From positions 98,412 to 162,411 of the forward strand of contig PLMU01000010.1 of assembly GCA_003142595.1 (NCBI GenBank): a DNA stretch of 64,000 nucleotides. Reading direction: 5' to 3'. The DNA is from Phycisphaerales bacterium. Lineage in GTDB: Bacteria; Planctomycetota; Phycisphaerae; Sedimentisphaerales; UBA12454. The translations under genes were made by a program, and so were the position numbers. The notes beneath the pieces were generated by a model. That model had not been told where the DNA came from. It searched no databases and saw only the letters and a list, made by a program, of their open reading frames with translations. Shown one piece after another: positions 27,813-35,939 of this stretch (position 1 is the stretch's first letter; each line of letters starts with the position of its first letter).

Positions 27813-29387
27813 ATGTTTGATTCTTCAAAGCACAGATATAGATTTAGAATAATCATACCGGGTTATCCGGCCTTTAATATTTATTCGCACATTGCCGTAA
27901 AGACGACGGCACTGGGGCCCGTTTGCGTTGCCAGCGCCGCTAACAAGATGGCGAAATGGGATGTTGAGGTTATAGACGAAAACAATCTCGGCAAATTCGG
28001 CCCTGTATCCGAAACCGGCGGAGCCGACCACGAATTTTTGCAGCAGCAGAGGCCTGCCGATATAATTGGTTTGTATGGCGGCCTTACCAGTACCATACCG
28101 AGGCTTTATCAGATAGCGCAGTTCTACAAAAAAAAGGGAATCATCACGATTGCAGGCGGTCAGCATTTCGTCGAAGATAACACATCCGACGCTCTTTCTT
28201 CCGGCATCGACTACGTTGTTTTCGGAGAGGCCGAGGAAACAATTACCGAACTGTTGGATGCGATACAAAACGGCACCGACGCGAACGATATAAAAGGAAT
28301 TGCGTTTCTCAGGAACGGCAAAATTGTTTTCACTGAAAAAAGAGAGCAGCTGACCAACTTTGACAAACTGCCTTTGCCCGATTTTTCTCTGGTTCGCTAC
28401 GCGACTATGAAAATTTATCCTGTCGAAAGAATACGCGGCTGCGGTATGGATTGTGAGTTCTGCACAGTCAAGGGCAAGCCGAGACATGCCGAGCCGGAAA
28501 GGCTGCTCGAGCACATCAGTTCTCTTGTTGAGACGAGAAACGCCAAACATTTTTTCGTAGTTGACGACCTTTTCAGTCAGCAGCGTGACGAAACGCTAAG
28601 GCTCTGCAATATGCTTGCCGCTTACCAGAAACGCATAGGCCGAAGGCTGGACATAACCGTTCAGATAAGGCTGGACAAAGCTCGCGATACCGAGTTGCTT
28701 TCCGCGATGTGGCAGGCAGGCGTTCAAACTGTTGCCATTGGTTTTGAATCGCCCATCGATACAGAATTAAAAGCGATGAATAAGCATATGAGTTCTGCCG
28801 ATATGGTTTCCTGGGCAAGAACATTTCACAAATTCGGATTTTTGGTCCACGGTATGTTTATCTTTGGTTATCCGCTCAAGGACACCACTGGTCTCGATAT
28901 CCCCGTTGAGCAGCGTGTCAAATATTACAAGGATTTTATTAGTGAAGCCCAAATCGACACAGTCCAGGTTATGCTTCCTGTTCCTCTTCCCGGCACCGAA
29001 TTGAGTCAAAGATTGGCCAGGCAGAACCGTATTTATCCGCTCGATGATATCGGCTGGCAATATTATGACGGCAATTTTCCGTTATTTGAGCCCGACGAGC
29101 CGATGACTGCCGAACAGATGCATCTCTGCGCTAAAAAAATTATGGGCAGGTTATATCGCTTCAAATATATGTTTCTCATAGTCCTGCATACCTTTTCATT
29201 TCCCGCCATAATTTTCTTTTTACATAACTTTCAGCTTGGCTGGCAAAAGTGGTATCGTCCGTGGCGCAACAGTCTGATTCGTTTTGGCGGCTGGATGATT
29301 TTGAAGAAATGGAACACAGCGTTTAGGCAGAACAAATTTTCGCAGAAATTGCAGTCTGCTCATCAGCACCTGCTGCATGCCCGGTAG
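27813..29387 (+). CDS. B12-binding-domain radical SAM protein with hydrophobic C-terminal tail
   Basis: The N-terminal Rossmann-like B12-binding region (GLYGGLTS...TIAGGQH) is followed by RIRGCGMDCEFCTV (CxxxCxxC) and a C-terminal TM-like segment. Confidence 0.8.
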   Translation: MFDSSKHRYRFRIIIPGYPAFNIYSHIAVKTTALGPVCVASAANKMAKWDVEVIDENNLGKFGPVSETGGADHEFLQQQRPADIIGLYGGLTSTIPRLYQIAQFYKKKGIITIAGGQHFVEDNTSDALSSGIDYVVFGEAEETITELLDAIQNGTDANDIKGIAFLRNGKIVFTEKREQLTNFDKLPLPDFSLVRYATMKIYPVERIRGCGMDCEFCTVKGKPRHAEPERLLEHISSLVETRNAKHFFVVDDLFSQQRDETLRLCNMLAAYQKRIGRRLDITVQIRLDKARDTELLSAMWQAGVQTVAIGFESPIDTELKAMNKHMSSADMVSWARTFHKFGFLVHGMFIFGYPLKDTTGLDIPVEQRVKYYKDFISEAQIDTVQVMLPVPLPGTELSQRLARQNRIYPLDDIGWQYYDGNFPLFEPDEPMTAEQMHLCAKKIMGRLYRFKYMFLIVLHTFSFPAIIFFLHNFQLGWQKWYRPWRNSLIRFGGWMILKKWNTAFRQNKFSQKLQSAHQHLLHAR

Positions 29388-29461
29388 CGTCGAATCCGTT
29401 TTTTATCGGTAAAATACCCTTGATTCTCCCGCTCTTTCAGGTAACATAGCGTTTCAGCTTT

Positions 29462-29545
29462 GCCCAGGTGGCGGAATTGGCAGACGCGCCAGCTTGAGGG
29501 GCTGGTGGGCTTCGGCTCATGGAGGTTCAAGTCCTCTCCTGGGCA
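29462..29545 (+). tRNA. tRNA-Leu (anticodon GAG)
   Basis: Hand fold: acceptor GCCCAGG/CCTGGGC, anticodon stem CCAGC/GCTGG with loop TTGAGGG, a long variable arm, T-arm GGAGGTTCAAGTCCTC, and discriminator A. Confidence 0.88.
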
Positions 29546-29577
29546 TTTTTTCCTTTTAACAATAAACCTGTCATAAA

Positions 29578-30195
29578 GTGCAAAAAAAAAATAAAAAACC
29601 TGTAATCGGCCTTCTCGGCGCCATAGCCTCCGGCAAAAGCACTGTCGCAAAAGAGCTCCAAACGCGAGGCTGTGCCGTGATAGATGCCGACACTATCGCC
29701 AAAGACTTCCTTAAGCTCGAAGAAATCAAACGGCAAATCCGTTCCCGCTTTGGCGATGCTGTTTTCGACGATTCCGGCGCCGTAAACAGGGCAAAACTTG
29801 CCGATGTGGTTTTTGACGACCCAAAGGCCGTCCAGGCTATTAACGCTATTATCCATCCGCCCGTTATGTATAAAGTCCTGGAGCTGATGGAGCAGTATCA
29901 GGACGACCCCGGCGTCAAAGCCGTAGTGCTCGACGTGCCGTTATTGCTCGAAGTCGGATGGGAAAAAAGGTGTGATAAACTGATTTTTGTCCGCTGCGAT
30001 GAGCAAAAAAGATGGCGAAGAATAGAAAAAAGGGGCTTTTTTGACAAAAATCAGCTAAAAAAACGAGAAATTTTCCAAATTTCTCTGGACAAAAAAGAAA
30101 AAATATCTCATTATATACTTAACAATAATGATGACCTTTCAGAGCTGACAAGACAGATCGGCGAGATTTTTCCCGCTTTAATCAATAAAGAGTAG
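29578..30195 (+). CDS. coaE: Dephospho-CoA kinase
   Basis: VIGLLGAIASGKSTVA (P-loop), DADTIA, and VVLDVPLL; GTG start; 205 aa. Confidence 0.88.
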   Translation: MQKKNKKPVIGLLGAIASGKSTVAKELQTRGCAVIDADTIAKDFLKLEEIKRQIRSRFGDAVFDDSGAVNRAKLADVVFDDPKAVQAINAIIHPPVMYKVLELMEQYQDDPGVKAVVLDVPLLLEVGWEKRCDKLIFVRCDEQKRWRRIEKRGFFDKNQLKKREIFQISLDKKEKISHYILNNNDDLSELTRQIGEIFPALINKE

Positions 30196-30389
30196 GCTTT
30201 TAAAATTGTTTCGTTTTGTACATCGGCGGGATTGTATAAAATCACATTTGATTTTTACATAATAATGGCAAATCAATCAGTTTGTTCCAAAAATTATGAT
30301 TTTGCCTGCAAGAGTTTTTCTATAATTTGAACGTAGAGAGAAAAAATAATTAAAATTTTCAATTATTAACTAATAACAAGGGAGTTAAG

Positions 30390-31976
30390 ATGGCAAAAGT
30401 GTTCGCAAAAACTGACGATAAAGCGCCGAAAAAACGAAAATATACGCGTAAGGAAGAAGAGACTGCTCAGCCGGTAGAATCACAGCAGACTCAGCCCCCG
30501 GTAGCACAGGCCCAGCCGCCTCAGGCTCCGGTAGTAGTCGTTCAGCCGCCGCCGGTTGCTCAGCAGCCTCCGGTCGTAAAACCGCCAGTCGCCAACGGCA
30601 CTAGCAATGGCCAGACTCATCCTCCTGTCCCGGCGCCAAACCTTTCCAAAGCCGAGCAGGACAAGAAGAACGAATACGAGTCCACTCACGCCAAATATGA
30701 GCGAATCAAACGCGGAAATCTGCACATCACAGACCTGCAAAAAATGACCGTTTCCGAGCTCCACGAAGTCTGCAAAAAAGAAGGCGTCATCGAATATACC
30801 GGTATGAAAAAACAGGAGTTGATTTTCAAAGTCCTCAAGGAAAGAGTCCAGCAGGACGGCCTTATGTATGGCGAAGGCGTTCTCGAAGTCCTGCCAGACG
30901 GCTACGGCTTTTTGCGAAACCCGGATTACAATTATCTTTCCAGCCCCGACGACATTTACGTTTCGCCTTCCCAGATAAAGCGTTTCGGTATCCGCACCGG
31001 CACCGTCGTCAGCGGCCAGATTCGCCCGCCCAAGGAATCCGAAAAATATTTCGCGCTTCTCCGCGTCGAGGCGATAAATTACGAAGAGCCCGACAAACTT
31101 GCCGAAAAAGTCAATTTCAGCGACCTTACTCCTCTCCATCCTGAGAAAAGAATAATACTCGAAACCCGCACCGACGAACTCAATATGAGAATCATCGATA
31201 TGATTACCCCCGTCGGCAAAGGCCAGCGAGGCCTTATCGTCGCTCCGCCCCGAACCGGCAAAACAATACTCCTGCAGAAAATCGCAAATTCCATAAGCAC
31301 CAATCACCCCGAGGTCAAGCTGATTGTGCTTCTTATAGATGAGCGTCCTGAGGAAGTTACCGAAATGGAGCGCAAAGTCGCCCGCGACGTCGAAGTCATA
31401 AGCTCAACATTTGACGAACCCGCTTCAAGACACTGCCAGGTCGCCGAAATGGTTATCGAAAAAGCAAAACGACTCGTCGAATACGGCGTGGACGTTGTAA
31501 TTCTGCTCGACTCAATCACAAGGCTCGCAAGGGCATATAATACCGAAGTTCCTCATTCCGGCAAAATCCTCACCGGCGGCGTTGACGCAAATGCGATGCA
31601 GATGCCCAAAAAATTCTTCGGCGCTGCCCGTAACATCGAAGAGGGCGGCTCGCTTACAATTTTCGCAACGGCTCTGGTTGACACCGGCTCGAAAATGGAC
31701 GAAGTTATTTTCGAAGAGTTCAAAGCCACCGGCAATATGGAATTGCACCTTGATAGAAAACTTGTCGAGCGAAGAATTTGGCCCGCAATTGACATCAGCA
31801 AATCCGGCACACGAAGAGAGGAATTGCTTCTCGACGCAAAAGAGCTCGAGCTTGTTTACAGACTAAGAAGAGTTTTAAGCGAATTGAATCCCGTTGAGGC
31901 CGTCGAACTGCTCAAGAGCAGATTAGCAAAATGTAGAACAAATGCGGAATTCTTGATGACAATGAAATTGGATTAA
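30390..31976 (+). CDS. rho: Transcription termination factor Rho with ~100-aa Pro/Gln-rich N-terminal extension
   Basis: Rho_N ([22 protein letters not shown]), the cold-shock-like RNA-binding domain ([14 protein letters not shown]), Walker A PPRTGKT, and [10 protein letters not shown]. The extension is [40 protein letters not shown]. Confidence 0.95.
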   Translation: MAKVFAKTDDKAPKKRKYTRKEEETAQPVESQQTQPPVAQAQPPQAPVVVVQPPPVAQQPPVVKPPVANGTSNGQTHPPVPAPNLSKAEQDKKNEYESTHAKYERIKRGNLHITDLQKMTVSELHEVCKKEGVIEYTGMKKQELIFKVLKERVQQDGLMYGEGVLEVLPDGYGFLRNPDYNYLSSPDDIYVSPSQIKRFGIRTGTVVSGQIRPPKESEKYFALLRVEAINYEEPDKLAEKVNFSDLTPLHPEKRIILETRTDELNMRIIDMITPVGKGQRGLIVAPPRTGKTILLQKIANSISTNHPEVKLIVLLIDERPEEVTEMERKVARDVEVISSTFDEPASRHCQVAEMVIEKAKRLVEYGVDVVILLDSITRLARAYNTEVPHSGKILTGGVDANAMQMPKKFFGAARNIEEGGSLTIFATALVDTGSKMDEVIFEEFKATGNMELHLDRKLVERRIWPAIDISKSGTRREELLLDAKELELVYRLRRVLSELNPVEAVELLKSRLAKCRTNAEFLMTMKLD

Positions 31977-32006
31977 AATCCAATTTCATATTTTCCAAAT
32001 TCCAAA

Positions 32007-32036
32007 AGCCCCCAGGTTTACCCTGGGGGTTTTTTA
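32007..32036 (+). terminator. Rho-independent terminator after rho
   Basis: CCCCCAGG / CCTGGGGG stem followed by TTTTTT. Confidence 0.75.
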
Positions 32037-32174
32037 ATTGCCTTAAAAAAATTGATTTTTCAAGATAGGCTTGATATTCTACCTGTGGCAGAGCTATTGG
32101 AAATGAGGCTTAGTGGTAGATGAGCAGGAATATACAAGGTTTATGAGAAATGTCAGGTTTTAAGGAGCTTAAAA

Positions 32175-32927
32175 ATGAAAAAGTATTCAATCTTATTAAA
32201 TCTGGTAGCAGCAGTCTTGTTATCTATGGCCGGATTGAGCAATGCTGCCCCGCCAAAAGTTATCAAAATGATTCCCCAGAACGGCAAACAGGATGTTGAC
32301 CCCGCAATAGAACAAATCCGCATAGAATTCGACCAGGATATGAACAGCGATGGATTCTCAATCTGTGGCGGCGGTCCGAACTTTCCGGAACTTCTCGGCA
32401 AACCGCGCTGGCTGGATAAAAGAACGCTCGTGGCAGACGTTAAACTTAAACCAAATTATGAATACCAAATGAGTATTAATTGCCAAAGTTATCAGAATTG
32501 TAAAAGTGTCAATGGCGAACCGGCGGAAATTTACCAGGTTAATTTCAAAACCGCCTCGACCGCACTTCAGGAACCAAACGAAATCGGCAATAAAGTAAAA
32601 ATACTTTCTATTTCACCTGACATTAACACTCCGCTTCAAGTTGGGAATTCCTATGAAATTGCAGTGGAAGTGGAATATTCATTAAAACAGGACAATGGCG
32701 TAATAACCTTAGTCTTGCAAAGAGGTGATGTGAACCCATCTGTTTCATCTACTCTCGGTAATGTCACCGAACCAATAAAGAAAGGAAATGGAAAGCTTAC
32801 TCTCAAAGCAAAAATTATTGTCCCGAACACAAATTCAATCCAGGTTTTCACTCCCTTATCTACCATTGGAGAGTCACAAACTAAGATAGTCGATACGCGA
32901 GTTTTTAAAGTTGTCGGAAATAAATAG
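32175..32927 (+). CDS. Secreted hypothetical protein with N-terminal SbsA-type Ig-like domain
   Basis: Signal peptide ending SNAAPP. KVIKMIPQNGKQDVDPAIEQIRIEFDQDMN is typical of Big_5/SbsA-Ig N-termini. Confidence 0.5.
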   Translation: MKKYSILLNLVAAVLLSMAGLSNAAPPKVIKMIPQNGKQDVDPAIEQIRIEFDQDMNSDGFSICGGGPNFPELLGKPRWLDKRTLVADVKLKPNYEYQMSINCQSYQNCKSVNGEPAEIYQVNFKTASTALQEPNEIGNKVKILSISPDINTPLQVGNSYEIAVEVEYSLKQDNGVITLVLQRGDVNPSVSSTLGNVTEPIKKGNGKLTLKAKIIVPNTNSIQVFTPLSTIGESQTKIVDTRVFKVVGNK

Positions 32928-32955
32928 GGGACAGATTGGTTCATATTGATATTTC

Positions 32956-32988
32956 AAAAACCCCGGTCGTAACCCCCGGGGTTTTTTT
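32956..32988 (+). terminator. Rho-independent terminator
   Basis: AAAAACCCCGG / CCGGGGTTTTT stem with a T-run. Confidence 0.7.
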
Positions 32989-33021
32989 ATTGGTTTTATT
33001 TATCATTCACAACGCATTTAG

Positions 33022-33105
33022 CCCCCTTGCCTGCCAGGGGGTTCGTCTCCGGCCTTGCCGGAGGTATTGTCATTCCCGCGAAGTTTGCCCGCCTTCGGTG
33101 GGAAT
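33022..33105. repeat. Cluster of three GC-rich hairpins, the third carrying a REP-like ATTCCCGCG...GGGAAT element
   Basis: Hairpins at 33022-33041 (CCCCC/GGGGG), 33047-33063 (CTCCGGC/GCCGGAG) and 33072-33105 (ATTCCC/GGGAAT). The 14-mer GTCATTCCCGCGAA (33069-33082) recurs inverted at 46143-46156. Confidence 0.5.
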
Positions 33106-33144
33106 CTCGTTTTTTCAATTTTCAATCCCTGCCCTGTGGGATGT

Positions 33145-33273
33145 TTACCCCGTGAGCCATATCACAACGGCATAGGACTTTTTGTGGACATCGACGCCGA
33201 CATACAGGCGGTCATCTTTTGTGAGGGTAATCTTGTTGAACCAATTCTGCTTGCTTGATACAATCTTTGCCAT
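33145..33273 (-). pseudogene. N-terminal remnant (42 codons) of an IS110-family (DEDD) transposase
   Basis: My translation is MAKIVSSKQNWFNKITLTKDDRLYVGVDVHKKSYAVVIWLTG*. The YVGVDVHKKSYAV block matches the conserved first strand/Asp of IS110-type transposases. The ORF stops where the GC-rich hairpin cluster begins. Confidence 0.45.
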
Positions 33274-33433
33274 AGGTCATTCCTTTCAATTATGGTTATA
33301 ACTTTCAATTAACGCTTTAAATTATAACCGTTGAAAGAATGACCTGCATATTATCTAACCACGAAATAACGATAGATAAATTCGTTTAAGGATTGTATAA
33401 TCGCTGTTGATTATAATTCGAATTGGATAAGAT

Positions 33434-33595
33434 ATGAGCAGGTTTTGTATTTTTGTTGGGATGACAGTCTTTGGCTGGATTGGATGGTGGATAGGAGCCA
33501 GATTTGGATTTACGACCGGCTTTGTGGTCAGCACTATAGCCAGTATGATCGGAGTCTATGCAGGCTGGCGCATCTACAACGATTACTTAAGTTAA
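33434..33595 (+). CDS. Possible small two-TM membrane protein (53 aa)
   Basis: My translation is MSRFCIFVGMTVFGWIGWWIGARFGFTTGFVVSTIASMIGVYAGWRIYNDYLS. Gly/aromatic-rich TM hairpin; weak RBS. It is not the frame listed in the ORF track. Confidence 0.3.
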   Translation: MSRFCIFVGMTVFGWIGWWIGARFGFTTGFVVSTIASMIGVYAGWRIYNDYLS

Positions 33596-33711
33596 AAAGT
33601 GAGAAAGGTAAGAAAGGGACGGTATAAAAAAAATACTTTGCCGGACAGGAGAGGGACGTTATAATCTGAAAGTTATTAAAAATCAAAACCATATAAACGA
33701 AAGGAAAATGT

Positions 33712-33813
33712 ATGGGCCATAGCCGCGACACAAGGAAAGAAACTAAAAAGAAAGCTCAAAGAACACCAGAAGAGAAACGGCTTGCCAAAAAAGCCAAAAA
33801 AGCAGGTCTATAA
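33712..33813 (+). CDS. Possible 33-aa lysine-rich peptide
   Basis: AAAGGA RBS, then MGHSRDTRKETKKKAQRTPEEKRLAKKAKKAGL. Too short to judge. Confidence 0.2.
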   Translation: MGHSRDTRKETKKKAQRTPEEKRLAKKAKKAGL

Positions 33814-33882
33814 TTTAATTTAACTTACGGCCAGAACATTTCCGTCTGTCGAGTTCAGAAGTTTACAGAAAAACGGCGGGTG

Positions 33883-34050
33883 CTAAATTCCGGAATGAGC
33901 GTGATTCATAGTTTTGTATTTTTGGTCCTTAGGCATCTGGTCGCGATGTATATAGCAGTAAGGCTCATGGTTGTAGATACTTAAGGTATGCTCACAGTTG
34001 GGAAATGTACATTTTCTATTTTCCGCCGAGGTTTTCAGCATTTTTGCCAT
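33883..34050 (-). CDS. Small Cys/His-rich (zinc-binding?) protein, 55 aa
   Basis: A strong AGGAG lies 5 nt upstream of ATG at 34050. MAKMLKTSAENRKCTFPNCEHTLSIYNHEPYCYIHRD has a CxxC...CxxH pattern. The upstream extension in the ORF track is probably not translated. Confidence 0.45.
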   Translation of the reverse strand: MAKMLKTSAENRKCTFPNCEHTLSIYNHEPYCYIHRDQMPKDQKYKTMNHAHSGI

Positions 34051-34173
34051 TGTAACTCCTAACATCACCAAACAAAAGAGCTGTAAAGGGCAGGTGGGGT
34101 CCTCTGCGGCCATTAAAGATTATCCAATAAGTCGATTATACCACAATATTGAGGCTTGTCAAACAATATCAAA

Positions 34174-35817
34174 CTATTTTGGGGAGGCGGGAGATAATGG
34201 GCCGGTGACGAAATCGGCGTCAATCGCGCCTTTATCAACCATTTTCTTCAAAAGTGCAACTATGTCGGAATATGAAACGCCCAGGCCGATGGGCTTCTTT
34301 TCCTTTACTTCCCTGACTGCTATCTCGCCAAGATTTCTTATTATGTCTGCGACCCTGAGCGAACATTTGAACGGGCCCATCAGCTCGTTTGTAATCGGAT
34401 GTTTTCGCATAATCGAGACACCATTGCCGTCCGGCAGAGAATTAATAATAATCTGCGCATCGTCCGATTCGACATAAATATTTTTTCTGCAGTTAAGCGG
34501 TGCGCCGAGCAGGACAATGCCGGGCTGGCCGGTCCTTGAGACGTAAATGGTTTTAGGGCCGGTCTGGATGACCTGGTCAATATAAAAATCATTCGCGACG
34601 AGAGAATGAATGATGGAAGTATCGTCATATTTTTGCAGAAATTTGTAGGCGTTATAGCGGACGTCGAAATTATCGTCGCGGACGAGTCTTGTCATCAGTG
34701 AGATAACATCGCTTTTAGGGGCGTAATTGCCGATGGCCTGGATAGCGGCGATGCGGAAAGTCGAGGTTTTGTCCTGCGCGAAATCCCTGAGCGGTTTGAG
34801 GGTGGAGTTGTCGCCGATAACAAGCAGACATTTAGCGGCGGCGAATCTTGTCGAGTCGTCTTTTGAGTTAAGAAGGGGCTGAAGTTTATCGATGGCGTTT
34901 TTGCCGATGGCTTCGAGGCCGGTTTGATATTTCGATTTGTCGGAAGCGGTTTTAAGATTTTCAACGAGCCAGTCAATATGTTTTTTTTCATTGGCGGCGG
35001 TGTCGGTGATATAAAGCGACCTTACAAGCTCAATGAATCTTTCTTTCTTGTCTTTGTAATCGGCGGGGACAGAGAGATAAATAATCTGCGACGAGGCAGC
35101 GGAAGCGATGTCTTTGCCGAAACGCTGATTAATGTGGTTTCTGATAATGGCAGCGATTTCGAAATCGGGTTTTAAAATAGAAAGGGTAAACTGGTAGTTT
35201 TCCATAACTCTTCCGCCTCCGAGGACGATGCCTTTGCGAGGGTCGGCATTAGGGTCTGAAAGTTTGTCGATGTAAACCGGGCCTGCGGCAATTGCGAGAG
35301 TTTTCGAGGCTTGGAGGGCTTCTTCGATTTGAGCGACGAATTTGAGGTCGGTAGTATAAAGTCTGCCGTTGAGCAGAGAGGTGGTCTGTGTGCCGGGCAG
35401 CGCTCTTACGGTAACATCGAAAGACTGATGCTTCGAAGCGCCGGGCGTGATGTCGCCTTCGACAACGACGACAGCGGTGTCGAGACTGCTAATCATCGCA
35501 TCAGCGCTCACGATGTCTCTGGGGCCGAGCTGTGTAAGGATGTATTGCCGCAAATAATCCCTTATTAGGGGCGGACATTCGGATGAGCCTGTGTTCGACA
35601 GGCCGACGACAAGGCCAATGCCTTTAACGGGAATGGGAGAAAAAGCCATAAACTCCGCAAGGTCGCCGATGGTTTTGTCGAGCTGCGGCTGAGAAGCAGT
35701 TTCGGTTTTTGGGACCTTCTTTTTGGCGAAGCTGTCGGACTGCGGGAAGCACAGGAGAATGGCAAAAATTAGAAAAACTGAAAAGATTAGTTTTTTTTGG
35801 GTGTTTTGATTTTCCAT
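34174..35817 (-). CDS. FlgI (flagellar P-ring)-homologous protein with a ~130-aa HEAT-repeat insertion
   Basis: Signal peptide present. IGDLAEF...VKGIGLVVGLSNTGS, DTAVVVVEGDITPGASKHQSFDVTVRALPGTQTTSLLNGRLYTTDLK, and LKPDFEIAAIIRNHINQRFG align by eye to E. coli FlgI blocks. The C-terminus AQIIINS...LRVADIIRNLG...DIVALLKKMVDKGAIDADF also matches FlgI. The middle LLNSKDDSTRFAAAKCLLVIGD...DKTSTFRIAAIQAIGNYA...DDNFDVRYNAYKFL is HEAT/PBS-lyase-like. 547 aa versus ~365 for E. coli FlgI. Confidence 0.7.
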   Translation of the reverse strand: MENQNTQKKLIFSVFLIFAILLCFPQSDSFAKKKVPKTETASQPQLDKTIGDLAEFMAFSPIPVKGIGLVVGLSNTGSSECPPLIRDYLRQYILTQLGPRDIVSADAMISSLDTAVVVVEGDITPGASKHQSFDVTVRALPGTQTTSLLNGRLYTTDLKFVAQIEEALQASKTLAIAAGPVYIDKLSDPNADPRKGIVLGGGRVMENYQFTLSILKPDFEIAAIIRNHINQRFGKDIASAASSQIIYLSVPADYKDKKERFIELVRSLYITDTAANEKKHIDWLVENLKTASDKSKYQTGLEAIGKNAIDKLQPLLNSKDDSTRFAAAKCLLVIGDNSTLKPLRDFAQDKTSTFRIAAIQAIGNYAPKSDVISLMTRLVRDDNFDVRYNAYKFLQKYDDTSIIHSLVANDFYIDQVIQTGPKTIYVSRTGQPGIVLLGAPLNCRKNIYVESDDAQIIINSLPDGNGVSIMRKHPITNELMGPFKCSLRVADIIRNLGEIAVREVKEKKPIGLGVSYSDIVALLKKMVDKGAIDADFVTGPLSPASPK

Positions 35818-35939
35818 AATCTTATCCCGTAAATAAGAAGTATTGCGTTTTCTGAAATGATATTGCCGAAAGGCGGTATAGTCAAGAAATTAAAAAGCCG
35901 GAAGGAGAAAACAAATAAGAGCTTTTTGCATTGATTTGT

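Noticed and set aside
27825-28550. 241-aa ORF antisense to the B12-binding radical SAM gene
   Set aside because: The sense strand carries the CxxxCxxC radical SAM motif and a full-length ORF. The antisense frame has no recognisable features.
30480-31307. 275-aa ORF antisense to rho
   Set aside because: It is embedded in rho. Its composition (Gly/Arg/Phe/Asp runs) mirrors the complement of a highly conserved gene, and it has no RBS or domain signature.
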